The position numbers were made by a program, and so were the translations under genes. DNA of 26,979 nucleotides from a virus (Duplodnaviria > Caudoviricetes), in the IMG/VR virus record IMGVR_UViG_3300038475_000040, positions 1-26,979 of that record; one strand, given 5' to 3'. The notes under the pieces are model-generated. The model saw only the letters and a program-made list of their open reading frames with translations. It was not told the DNA's origin and searched no databases. How positions within the stretch are numbered: position 1 is the first letter of the stretch; each line of letters starts with the position of its first letter. Of this stretch, positions 17,010-25,967 are shown one piece after another.

Positions 17010-17514
17010 TATTCATGATCTCCTGAAGCTCGTTGAACAACGCGAAAGTAACTTGCTTATTAATGGTCAAACCCTCAAAGTTCGGTTGCATTTCGATTTC
17101 TTTCAGTAAACCGTGTCGTTCCTCGTCGAACTCCAAATCAGTCAGGAATTCATATATTGCTTTAGGCTTTGTGAATATTTCCTTCCAATCCATGTGCCAC
17201 CCGGCGATCTTGCACAAGTCTTTTTCAGTATTGGAAAGAGCGGGCAGTCCGATTGCTTCCAACGAAGCGTTTATTTCTTTTTCATCACGATGCAAGATTA
17301 CTTTTCTTGCAGGATGGCTATTTACGAAATCAGGGAACATATAAAGACCTGTACAAGCCACTCCAACCATTTTTCGGGAAGTTATTTTGTCCAGATCGGA
17401 ATAATGATGTGTCCAGAGAGGATCGTGCAGGCACAGCGTTTTGTCGGTAGTTAGCCAGTTACTAGCCCAAGTTGTGCCGCTTCTGGGAGCGGCCAACACC
17501 ATGAACTCAACCAT
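17002..17514 (-). CDS. Sulfotransferase-like P-loop protein
   Basis: FMVLAAPRSGTTWASNWL...LHDP resembles the 5'-PSB loop; ARKVILHRD resembles the 3'-PB strand. Start placed at ATG 17514. Confidence 0.7.
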   Translation of the reverse strand: MVEFMVLAAPRSGTTWASNWLTTDKTLCLHDPLWTHHYSDLDKITSRKMVGVACTGLYMFPDFVNSHPARKVILHRDEKEINASLEAIGLPALSNTEKDLCKIAGWHMDWKEIFTKPKAIYEFLTDLEFDEERHGLLKEIEMQPNFEGLTINKQVTFALFNELQEIMNNV

Positions 17515-19003
17515 CAGTACCTTCTTGTTGCCGAACCCTGATCGCACCACCAATCACAATGAACAATATCGGATCAGTCATTGTGAATTGAAAAACAAAA
17601 TCCTGTGAAGCACCAAGTCGATTCCAAATCACTCTTGGCGATTTGTACTGCCCCACTTTGCCAACTTTTTTCCAGCGCTCATAACCGAATGTTCTGCCGT
17701 TGTCTTTAGAGATTTGCAGCATGATCTGCGGATCGGAACCTTGGCCGCTTTGTGGTCCACCAAACGAATCTTCACCGTATTGAAGACTTCCGCCGGTTTC
17801 CATGTCCAGATACAGTTCGTCTATACCAAAACGATTTCCATCCATATTGATATGGCGTGTAGTCAATTGGCGTTTGATCGGCGCGCCATTGTCAGTCGGA
17901 ATTTCATCGTTCATGCGATAAACAATACCTGTTGTGGTATCGCTTACCATGTTTTCAGCATTGAAAGTGATGCCCATGTTCGCCATGTGACGGCCAGTGA
18001 GTCCAACACCGGATTGCAGGTCACTCCAAAGATCGGATGTGATGTCATATAACAAGGACTTATTGGCGGATGGGAAAGTGATCTGATACATCTTGTGTCC
18101 GTCCACCATGTAACCAAAAGCAATAGCATCCGAAAACACTTCCAGATTCCCTATGACGTGATCAATATCGTCAGTGCTTACACGGGTTAAATTGAAACCT
18201 TTTAGAATATCAACTTCAGGATATCCACCATAGAAGTTTTGCCCAAGGAAGATTTGCATATCATCAATAAACGCGATGGAGTATTTCGCGCTGAGTCCGA
18301 CATTACGTGTCGCACCCGATACTCTTCCGAAAGGCAAAGGAGATGTGCCAACGTTTTGCCAGAACTCAATTGATTGTGTACCGAACAAAGTCAGTATGCC
18401 GCTCATGGCCGTAACAGCAACTATTTCGCCTGAGTTTTCATCTTTCGTTGCATAGGTGGGTAATGATTGAACATTGGTCCAATCTAACGCATCAAAGTAT
18501 TCACTCACGAAGAATTTACGCGGAACAGGAACGGAAACCGTGACAGGTTCTGCAACAATCAGCCTGCCATCCATAAAGGTGACAGAACTGGCACCGTTTG
18601 GAAAGTTCAAGTCCGTGATCTTTACCATCGTGTTTGTGGCAATGGTGTAAACATAACCTACGATACCGTCTACGATGATCACCTGAATGCTGTTATCAGA
18701 GATACCAACCGTACCAGTTGAGTTGGCATCAAAGTTTCCAACAATGGAAAACGATAAGTTCTGCATTACTTTGTACAGGTATATCCCCGCAACAATGTAA
18801 AGAGTGTTTGCCACAACGCGCCAACCACGGATCGGGCCATTGGGTAACTCAAAAATAGAAACAAGTCCCGGCGTGCCACGAATAACTACTTGCTGCTTAT
18901 CTCCGTCCTTACGGAATTCAAAGAAAACATTTAGCCTGCGTTGCCTGCTGATTACTGCTGAATTTGAAAGTACGCCAACACCAAAAAGCTGAATCCGCTT
19001 CAT
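17507..19003 (-). CDS. P22 gp10-like tail hub / packaged-DNA stabilization protein
   Basis: 498 aa beta-propeller-like; GTPGL, LFGTQSIEFW, RVSTDDID, DGHKMYQITFP, LQISKDNGRTF, WNRLG motifs. Confidence 0.88.
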   Translation of the reverse strand: MKRIQLFGVGVLSNSAVISRQRRLNVFFEFRKDGDKQQVVIRGTPGLVSIFELPNGPIRGWRVVANTLYIVAGIYLYKVMQNLSFSIVGNFDANSTGTVGISDNSIQVIIVDGIVGYVYTIATNTMVKITDLNFPNGASSVTFMDGRLIVAEPVTVSVPVPRKFFVSEYFDALDWTNVQSLPTYATKDENSGEIVAVTAMSGILTLFGTQSIEFWQNVGTSPLPFGRVSGATRNVGLSAKYSIAFIDDMQIFLGQNFYGGYPEVDILKGFNLTRVSTDDIDHVIGNLEVFSDAIAFGYMVDGHKMYQITFPSANKSLLYDITSDLWSDLQSGVGLTGRHMANMGITFNAENMVSDTTTGIVYRMNDEIPTDNGAPIKRQLTTRHINMDGNRFGIDELYLDMETGGSLQYGEDSFGGPQSGQGSDPQIMLQISKDNGRTFGYERWKKVGKVGQYKSPRVIWNRLGASQDFVFQFTMTDPILFIVIGGAIRVRQQEGTDG

Positions 19004-19959
19004 TACTCTTCACCGGGCTGGAAGTATAGAGTGGTGACTTCAGCATCCTTATGTCCAGCAATTGATGTCGCTGCAATAAAGTTGTCTTGCATAACCTGCG
19101 TCCAAGGCATTCCGTACATCGGCGCGATCTGGCGTGACAACCCCCATGACAGTGCCAAAAAATATTCTTGCGGATAATCGAATGTGTCCGCAGGATTCAC
19201 CATATCCTGTACCGGCTCCATGTACGACATGACAATGTATTTGGTTACATCTCGGGATGCGCCACAATCGGTATAAAGGAAGCTATTCTGTAACTGGAAT
19301 TCGTAATAGATTGCGGTAGGATCAGAAATGTTGGTTACATCGGTTTTACTTGGAAGATTTGCGTAGTCCTGTACTGTTCTCAAAAAACGAAGCGGGGTGT
19401 CTTCGTTCTGCTGATCACGCAAGACTGCTGTTTCAATACTGAGCGGTTGTTGTGCGATGGTTTGATAGCAATAGACTTGAGAGCCACTTGAGGATTGACT
19501 TGGTAAGTTGGCATTCAGCGTCACCACCAGCCCTACAACATTCAGTACAGTTGTCCAAAATAGCGCGCCAGAACTCAACTGGATGCCGATGTAATACCCG
19601 ATTACAATCCCAGTTGTACTAGCAACTGTTATCGTGTTCGTACCGCCAGCACTTGTTGCAGTCGTTAACGGAAGAACAAAGCTATTTGTCCAACCTGTAG
19701 CTGCTGGCCCCACCACATATTTGTTGGTAGTGTTGTTCAGGAATAGATAACCCCATTTGCGCTTGAAAACTTTCAGCCCCGGCGAGTAATCTGTTTTGCC
19801 CATCCACTGCTTGCAGAGCATGTTAAGCAAAAGATTGCAATCAGTTATATCCTGCGCAGATGGCGTTTCAATTTCATCTAATTTGCCGATGTTCAACATC
19901 GCCACTCTGATAATCTGATCACGATTTACCGTGAAGGAAAACGAGCCTGAAGTGGTCAT
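19003..19959 (-). CDS. P22 gp4-like head-to-tail adaptor with inserted beta domain
   Basis: RDQIIRVAMLNIG...LNMLCKQW N-terminus and DYPQEYFLALSWGLSRQIAPMYG C-terminus; directly upstream of the gp10-like gene. Confidence 0.75.
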   Translation of the reverse strand: MTTSGSFSFTVNRDQIIRVAMLNIGKLDEIETPSAQDITDCNLLLNMLCKQWMGKTDYSPGLKVFKRKWGYLFLNNTTNKYVVGPAATGWTNSFVLPLTTATSAGGTNTITVASTTGIVIGYYIGIQLSSGALFWTTVLNVVGLVVTLNANLPSQSSSGSQVYCYQTIAQQPLSIETAVLRDQQNEDTPLRFLRTVQDYANLPSKTDVTNISDPTAIYYEFQLQNSFLYTDCGASRDVTKYIVMSYMEPVQDMVNPADTFDYPQEYFLALSWGLSRQIAPMYGMPWTQVMQDNFIAATSIAGHKDAEVTTLYFQPGEE

Positions 19960-20023
19960 TTGAACCTGCCATACAGTGAGCTAATACAAATCTTTTTGAT
20001 GATGATTTTCTTTGATCGTTTCA

Positions 20024-21613
20024 TCACGCCACCTTTTTCTGTTCACTCAACGCCTGCAAACACCAATCCACATGACCCCAGACTTCTTCTGTGCTTATGT
20101 CCGCTTGGCATTGCGCTGTTCCGGTTTGTTTATCTTTTTTGCAATGCGCCCACCCAAAATGTAATTGATGGCAGGCGGGAGCTTCGTTTTCACCACGCCC
20201 CGGACAGGAAGTCTTTTCGCTGGCAATAGCGATGGTGTTTTTCCAGTCACGGGTAAGATTTTTGTAAGAGCTATGGGAGAGAAGACAGACTTTACTTACG
20301 TCTATGCAGGATGCAGCATTGAGTACCCCGGTTTCGGGGCCAATGATCAAATCACATTGCTCAAGGAAAGCCATGGTCTGGCGCATTTTCCATTTGCCAG
20401 AAAACGCATGTACACGGGGTTCGTTTTCCCAGCCAGCCTCAAGGATCGCGCAATCAGGCCCACCAACAAGCACCACATGCACATTCGGAAAGTGAAGCAT
20501 GATGCTGGCAAGAATGGCATCCAAACCGGACCATGTTTTATGTACGCTACTACCAGCCAAGGACCACATCACCACCAGTTCCGCTCTCATCTTGTGGCGA
20601 GTGTCTTCAGCCCAGCGTCTTTCTTCAATTGTCGGAAAGAATTTAACGTTGGGTTCGTGCGGGATACCGGCTAACTCATGTTGGTGTTCAAGGTAGTTGT
20701 GATCCATCATTTTGTGACGGACCGCAGGGGGCCATAGGTGCTGAGTACGATTCGGTAAGGCCAGAAAAGTCCCTTCAACCGACTCACACAGATTTACGAA
20801 CTTGTCGTATTTCTTCTTCTGGACTGCCCAGAATGGCCCAAGATCAGCATTGGGCACTTGGTCAACATCGAACAGAACCAGCTTATCAATGTTCGGGTCT
20901 TCAGTGATTACGTCCGATCCGGGTGGGGAAGCAAAGACTGTGACGTGATAACCCAGCTTTTTAAGACCAGCCCAGACACTGGAAGCCATCATTAAGTCAC
21001 CAAAGGCTCCATAACGCACCACACAGGCTGTTTTCTCGGGCTTGGGGTCTTTGTAGCTGTAGATCAGTTTGTCGCGTCTGGCCGTTCTTTGGAGCTTTTT
21101 GAAGATCATCAGGAAGGAATATTCGTCATCCTGATCGCGCTTTTCGCAGACTTCCAAATCCCAGTAGCCCACATTACTCATCCACTGGATGACTTTTTCT
21201 TCGTTCAGGTTGTGTTTATGGTCTGGGTTGGCTCCGTCTTCACCCACCTTGGGGTACAAATCTTCATGCGGCAGGTAAAGAATCAAACGACCAGCCTGTT
21301 TGGTGATGCGCCACCATTCTTTTAGAGTCTTCTCCGGGGCTTCCATGTGTTCCAGCAGATGGGAACTGTAAACAAAATCCATGGACTGCGAAGCGAAAAC
21401 CGAAAGATCATCGGCTGACTTAACTTTGACATCAGGCGCAACAGGGATTCCGTACAGGGATGAGTCAATACAATTATCAACAGTGATAACGTGCGGCAAG
21501 ACTCTAAAAGTTCCAGCACCAATATCCAGCCCCCGCCCTTTTAAATAAGGCGCGACATCCCAAACGATTTTTTTTGATTCAGCTTTGTAAGGTGCGCTTT
21601 TATCCCAAACCAT
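20024..21613 (-). CDS. Fusion of class I SAM methyltransferase and GT9 (heptosyltransferase-like) glycosyltransferase
   Basis: GLDIGAG and DFVYSSHLLEH...LKEWWRI in the N-terminal part; VRYGAFGDLMM, HKTW and DLIIGPETGVLNAA in the C-terminal part. Confidence 0.88.
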   Translation of the reverse strand: MVWDKSAPYKAESKKIVWDVAPYLKGRGLDIGAGTFRVLPHVITVDNCIDSSLYGIPVAPDVKVKSADDLSVFASQSMDFVYSSHLLEHMEAPEKTLKEWWRITKQAGRLILYLPHEDLYPKVGEDGANPDHKHNLNEEKVIQWMSNVGYWDLEVCEKRDQDDEYSFLMIFKKLQRTARRDKLIYSYKDPKPEKTACVVRYGAFGDLMMASSVWAGLKKLGYHVTVFASPPGSDVITEDPNIDKLVLFDVDQVPNADLGPFWAVQKKKYDKFVNLCESVEGTFLALPNRTQHLWPPAVRHKMMDHNYLEHQHELAGIPHEPNVKFFPTIEERRWAEDTRHKMRAELVVMWSLAGSSVHKTWSGLDAILASIMLHFPNVHVVLVGGPDCAILEAGWENEPRVHAFSGKWKMRQTMAFLEQCDLIIGPETGVLNAASCIDVSKVCLLSHSSYKNLTRDWKNTIAIASEKTSCPGRGENEAPACHQLHFGWAHCKKDKQTGTAQCQADISTEEVWGHVDWCLQALSEQKKVA

Positions 21614-21623
21614 TTTTATCCCT

Positions 21624-22154
21624 TTAAAATCTCACAAACACTTTTCCGCAGGCAGCTTCTTCAATGCGGCCTTTAAATAACTCTTCCACCGCACGGGTTG
21701 CACCTTCGAGACATCCGTAATCGTCAAACCACATGATTCCGCCTTTCACCATAAGTGGCGAAAGAAACTTGGCGGATTCGATGATGGATTGGTACTGATC
21801 GCAGTCCAGATGAACGAAAGCAACATCCGGTAAATTGATTTCTTGTTTTTCCACGCTTTGAGGGAAAATACCTTGTACGACTTTTGCATAAGGTATTGCT
21901 TGCTGTACTTCTTCAAAAGAAGTTTCGTTAAACGTGCCCGGCGTGATTGGATCGAATTCGCCTTTGTAGGGAATGCCAGTGAAAGTATCAAACAAGAATA
22001 TTTGTCTGTGCTGCTTTTCGGCTATCTGGGATAGATACCATGCTGTTCCACCCTTAAACACACCGACCTCAACAATGCATCCTTGCGGAGTGGTGCTGGC
22101 TACTTTTACCAACTCTTCAATAACATGCGGTCCGACAAGAGATGAGGGTATCAA
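21624..22154 (-). CDS. TylF/MycF-family O-methyltransferase
   Basis: IVEVGVFKGGT, LFDTFTGIP, FVHLDCDQYQS, GGIMWFDDYG. Confidence 0.9.
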   Translation of the reverse strand: MIPSSLVGPHVIEELVKVASTTPQGCIVEVGVFKGGTAWYLSQIAEKQHRQIFLFDTFTGIPYKGEFDPITPGTFNETSFEEVQQAIPYAKVVQGIFPQSVEKQEINLPDVAFVHLDCDQYQSIIESAKFLSPLMVKGGIMWFDDYGCLEGATRAVEELFKGRIEEAACGKVFVRF

Positions 22155-22510
22155 CTTGTCTTCAACTTCCAGTGAATCACATTTCGCTTCGTGAGTGTTT
22201 CACCGCTCATATCTGCAAATGCGGTTTTGACCGACTCCCAATTTTGGTTATTGGCGTTGCATTCCTTGAAGATCACCGACCTTGCCAGCGGTCCATCCGC
22301 GAGAATGTTTGTCAGAAAATCCTTCGCCTGATTTAAGTCAAAACTTTTTTCCTTTTTAACCGGCACATCTGGTTGCTCATACTCTTCTTCCAACTCAACA
22401 ATCTGATCCATGGGCTGACCTTGGCCGTCATACAGTATTCCGTCCTGTTCAAACTTGGCCCATGAATGATTAGTGATTACACCGTGCGGTTTCTTTGGAT
22501 CAAATTTCAT
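22151..22510 (-). CDS. Hypothetical protein, C-terminus possibly winged-helix-like
   Basis: GAGG RBS before ATG 22510 (MKFDPKKPHG...FEQDGILYDGQG); AKDFLTNILADGPL segment. Confidence 0.7.
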   Translation of the reverse strand: MKFDPKKPHGVITNHSWAKFEQDGILYDGQGQPMDQIVELEEEYEQPDVPVKKEKSFDLNQAKDFLTNILADGPLARSVIFKECNANNQNWESVKTAFADMSGETLTKRNVIHWKLKTS

Positions 22511-22517
22511 AAATACC

Positions 22518-23531
22518 TCAAGACAAATAGGTGAAGGGATATTCCGGCAACTCAATTGTGTTGGCTTCGTTTCTTATGTCATTAGCCGACTTAATCGCAC
22601 CAAGGATGATAGGCAACCCATTGATACATGCTGCCTCTACTCGCTTGAACCATTCCATTAACACTGCACCGCGCGGGTCTTCAATAAACCGCACCATTTC
22701 TTCCAGACATTTCCATTCCCGCTCCGTTATAGGCGGCTCGGGTTTGAAGGTTCTTGCCAAACAATCGTTCATCATTCTTTTGACCAATGTTCCAGTCAAG
22801 TAACGAAAGAATTTTTCGGGTAACTTATCAGGAATGATCTTGGCATCGCGTAACAACATTAGACCTTCCACCACAAACACATAACGCATCGTGGTTTGCT
22901 CTAACATCCAGCGTGTTGCCGTATCTTCGTTTTCTTCTGCTGCGCGCACCATGGCAATATCAACCAACGCACACTCACTATTGGCAAGCACTTCAAGCAA
23001 CGCGAGTGAATGTGAAAACGCACTGCGGGCATAGACTTCCCAGTTTTTTGTTGCGTAAGCTTGTTTCAGTTTTACTGCGCGAGTGATATTTCCGGTAATG
23101 AAGCCGGTCATTTCTATCAATCCATAATCGCAACACAGATTCAATAGCGTGTCTTTTTTGGCGCTATGAGTACAACTTCTTTGTTTTTCGGCAACGTGAT
23201 AAAACTCAAATTCGTGACTTAGTAATGTGCGCGCAAAATTCAACGCGCCGGGGAGCAAAATGTCATCGTCACCAAAAGTCCAGATGTAATCTCCTTCAGC
23301 GAAGGAAACTACCGACTTGAAATTTTCTTCAGCAAAAACGTGTTCCGATAATCGGATGTAACTTACGCACGGATATTTTTCAGCCAGAGCTTTGCAAACA
23401 TCAAGCGTGTGATCATCGGAACAGTTGTCGGAAATAAAAATTCCATCCGGGTTTTGATCTGCAATGGCAGTGACACACTGAAATAGTTTATCGGCGCGAT
23501 TCCAAGTCGGTATCGCAAAAACCAATTTCAT
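22518..23531 (-). CDS. Family 2 glycosyltransferase
   Basis: FAIPTWNR, ISDNCSDDHT and YIWTFGDDD (DxD) motifs. Confidence 0.92.
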   Translation of the reverse strand: MKLVFAIPTWNRADKLFQCVTAIADQNPDGIFISDNCSDDHTLDVCKALAEKYPCVSYIRLSEHVFAEENFKSVVSFAEGDYIWTFGDDDILLPGALNFARTLLSHEFEFYHVAEKQRSCTHSAKKDTLLNLCCDYGLIEMTGFITGNITRAVKLKQAYATKNWEVYARSAFSHSLALLEVLANSECALVDIAMVRAAEENEDTATRWMLEQTTMRYVFVVEGLMLLRDAKIIPDKLPEKFFRYLTGTLVKRMMNDCLARTFKPEPPITEREWKCLEEMVRFIEDPRGAVLMEWFKRVEAACINGLPIILGAIKSANDIRNEANTIELPEYPFTYLS

Positions 23532-23632
23532 TCAGTGTGTCCAGTCATACTGATCGGGATGAGACTGTGCTTGTGGTGATGATGAAATATCCACCGCAAC
23601 CAGCGGATGAAATGACGCAACAACCTGAACAT
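23528..23632 (-). CDS. 34-aa peptide (not in ORF track)
   Basis: MFRLLRHFIRWLRWIFHHHHKHSLIPISMTGHTE; TGATG overlap with the upstream stop and ATGA overlap with the GT2 start. Confidence 0.65.
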   Translation of the reverse strand: MFRLLRHFIRWLRWIFHHHHKHSLIPISMTGHTE

Positions 23633-23919
23633 CAGACAGTTGTTCCTGTCATCGAAACCGGAATGGTGTAAACCATCGGCACGGCAATGGTGAATACATC
23701 GGATACAGGCGCGCCAATGGGGTTAAGGGCTGCGTCAACCGCTTGTATGGTTACTGTGTAAGCATCCGGTTCAAGTTTGATGTCAACGCTGTTTGCGCCC
23801 ATCGGTACGTCAATGGTTTGAACGGTGCCCAATGCGCCCAGTGCTGTCAAAACTGCGTGATCGACAACTGCGCCTACAGGGGCATCACCCCATACGATTG
23901 TTTCTGTGCGAACGGCCAT
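23632..23919 (-). CDS. Small beta-sandwich (Ig/Fn3-like) putative virion protein
   Basis: AAGGA RBS; Val/Thr-rich strands, LEPDAYTVTIQAVD. Confidence 0.7.
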   Translation of the reverse strand: MAVRTETIVWGDAPVGAVVDHAVLTALGALGTVQTIDVPMGANSVDIKLEPDAYTVTIQAVDAALNPIGAPVSDVFTIAVPMVYTIPVSMTGTTV

Positions 23920-23937
23920 GATATTTCCTTTCGTTAA

Positions 23938-24495
23938 TTAAACTACGTCTTCCGTCCATTCAATACTTACCCACAACTCAAGTCCTGCCGGTACGGCTTG
24001 ACCGGCAAGATTCAAAACATAAGCAGCATTAGGTTGTCTTAAGCTTGGCATTTGAGCGTTGGATTGCCCAAACAACCAGATAAGCGGGTTAAAGGGATAG
24101 CCGGTTGTACCGGCAACAGGTAATGCAACACTTGCCGCTCTGAATACTTCGCCCTGCCCCAAAACAGACGGCGAGGTTGTATAGTTGCCAAATACAGCGG
24201 TAGGTGTTGGATTTTGTATATCGTGCTTCGCAGGCAAAATCTGCGAGAAAACACCCCCAGTATTCGGCTCATCACGCCTGATCAAAAAGAATGAAAAAGT
24301 GCCTGCTGCTGCGGCATCCGCATAAATCTCGAATTTGGATATGCGAATGACTTTGCCTCCGGGGGAGGTTATTTGAAACAAGTCTGTCGGCGTTGCGGGA
24401 ATATTCGCAGCCAATAACTCAATAGCCGCAGAATAAGTTGCCCGGTCGCCTTCTATCTGGACGATCTGAACTTGGGGTGAACGTGGGAGAGCCAT
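23938..24495 (-). CDS. Putative virion structural protein (beta-rich)
   Basis: AAGGA RBS; ATPTDLFQI...KVIRISK, ending IEWTE; within the head gene block. Confidence 0.7.
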   Translation of the reverse strand: MALPRSPQVQIVQIEGDRATYSAAIELLAANIPATPTDLFQITSPGGKVIRISKFEIYADAAAAGTFSFFLIRRDEPNTGGVFSQILPAKHDIQNPTPTAVFGNYTTSPSVLGQGEVFRAASVALPVAGTTGYPFNPLIWLFGQSNAQMPSLRQPNAAYVLNLAGQAVPAGLELWVSIEWTEDVV

Positions 24496-24506
24496 GATTT
24501 TTCCTT

Positions 24507-25028
24507 TTAGATGTTGTAGCTACACACACGTTCTCTTGCGCGCGTGTTACAAGGCAAGTATTGCCCCGCTTCGTAATGAAATTTTGCGTGATCTGATTGC
24601 GTGAGAAGTTCCAGATTTTCGATTCTGTTATCTGTCTTGATTCCGTTTATGTGATGCACAACTTCTTCCGGGAGAAGTTTTCTGTTCAAGTGCTTTTCCA
24701 TTACCACGCGATGTTCGGCTACTTGCTCACCATCAACAAAAATGAATTTGTATCCGTGTATCTTGCAAATATGTCCAGAGCCGTTTGGTGCGCGTTTCTG
24801 AGTTAAGGGGTCGCCAGTTCGTTTAAAATTCATGTAATGATTGCAGCAATAACCTTTCGCTTTATGCGGAAGGACACAACCATCAATCATGCAACCCCTG
24901 TTTTTGTTCGGCGCTAGGCGTGACATTCCTAAATCGCCAGTTTGTTTCTGTTTGTAATAATGCGTTTTGCACAGACCGGCCCACTGAACGTAAATTTCTT
25001 TTTCGCAACCAACCACCGAACAACACAT
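24507..25028 (-). CDS. HNH homing endonuclease
   Basis: Two CxxxGC...GxCxxHY repeats followed by [35 protein letters not shown]. Confidence 0.92.
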   Translation of the reverse strand: MCCSVVGCEKEIYVQWAGLCKTHYYKQKQTGDLGMSRLAPNKNRGCMIDGCVLPHKAKGYCCNHYMNFKRTGDPLTQKRAPNGSGHICKIHGYKFIFVDGEQVAEHRVVMEKHLNRKLLPEEVVHHINGIKTDNRIENLELLTQSDHAKFHYEAGQYLPCNTRARERVCSYNI

Positions 25029-25030
25029 AC

Positions 25031-25447
25031 TCAGAGGCGATCCAAAAAATTATTACGCTCAACGAACCCTTCAACCAACTTATCTTGATTATCACGACCA
25101 TAAGCAACCCCGTAGAACAAGTCGATATGTTCGCCAGTATATTGGTCGTCATCACCTTTCAGATCGCCGCGCGTATAACCAATATTCAAAGCGCCCGGAT
25201 TCGTATCGTGGGCGGCATCGCTGCTGCCTGCGAGATTTCGTTCAACTGTGTTCTGGCATTCCAGTTGCATATTGACCGGCATTTCGTTGTACTTGCCGTC
25301 CACGTCTTCACCGGAAGTCTTGTTGTTAATGTGATCCTGCCCCGGCTCGAATGTTCTGCGCTGCGACTCGAATGTTTTCCATTCTGTGCCGTCATCTTCA
25401 TCGGGTTTGGGCGGGAGGGTGATTTGAAACTTTTCTTGTAGGGACAT
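25031..25447 (-). CDS. Acidic hypothetical protein in head gene block
   Basis: AAGGAG RBS; Asp/Glu/Asn-rich 138 aa. Confidence 0.75.
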   Translation of the reverse strand: MSLQEKFQITLPPKPDEDDGTEWKTFESQRRTFEPGQDHINNKTSGEDVDGKYNEMPVNMQLECQNTVERNLAGSSDAAHDTNPGALNIGYTRGDLKGDDDQYTGEHIDLFYGVAYGRDNQDKLVEGFVERNNFLDRL

Positions 25448-25463
25448 GATGTTTCTCCTTTGG

Positions 25464-25568
25464 TTACATCAACACGGCTGGCGACTTCATGAACAGGACG
25501 TAACCTTGCACATGGTGCTTACTCACAACATCAGTAAGGATGTCAAATCGCCATGCGTGTTGATGCAA
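25464..25568 (-). other. Structured intergenic RNA element (long stem with branched top)
   Basis: CATCAACACG (25467..25476) pairs with CGTGTTGATG (25556..25565); TGGCGA/TCGCCA inner stem; internal hairpins. Confidence 0.55.
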
Positions 25569-25594
25569 AAAAAACGGCCTCCGAAGAGGCCGTT
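25567..25594 (-). terminator. Rho-independent terminator
   Basis: AACGGCCTC-TTCG-GAGGCCG followed by T8. Confidence 0.9.
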
Positions 25595-25599
25595 CAGTT

Positions 25600-25956
25600 T
25601 TAACCTACTACATTGCCGGGCTTGGGCATCCAGCCATCGCCGGGATAGCTTTCTTCCGTAAGCTTCTTCAGTTCCATCGGGTAGATACGAGCGATCTCCT
25701 GATTGTCGATCTCCATGCCGGGAGGCAGGAAGTTCAACTTGGCAGCTTCCCCGTAGGGAGTGTCGCCTTTATAGAGATAACCATCCGTGATGAAACCGGA
25801 TTTCTCCGGGATGTCGTTATAGGTGCCACTCATCCCAGTGATGGGATTAGGTGCGCCCATAGTTTCGGGGGCAGCAAAGGGGGCAGAAACAGCCTCCTTC
25901 ATTTCTCCCGAGTAGACACCGTTGTTGCCGCCAGTTTTATTGCTGCTGTTTGCCAT
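25600..25956 (-). CDS. Hypothetical head-associated protein
   Basis: AGGAG RBS; Gly/Pro-rich 118 aa; co-transcribed with the capsid gene before the terminator. Confidence 0.75.
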   Translation of the reverse strand: MANSSNKTGGNNGVYSGEMKEAVSAPFAAPETMGAPNPITGMSGTYNDIPEKSGFITDGYLYKGDTPYGEAAKLNFLPPGMEIDNQEIARIYPMELKKLTEESYPGDGWMPKPGNVVG

Positions 25957-25967
25957 GATATTTCTCC

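Noticed and set aside
25464-25568. Hammerhead ribozyme (CUGAUG present)
   Set aside because: CUGAUG is followed by U rather than A, and no correctly placed GAAA core is present.
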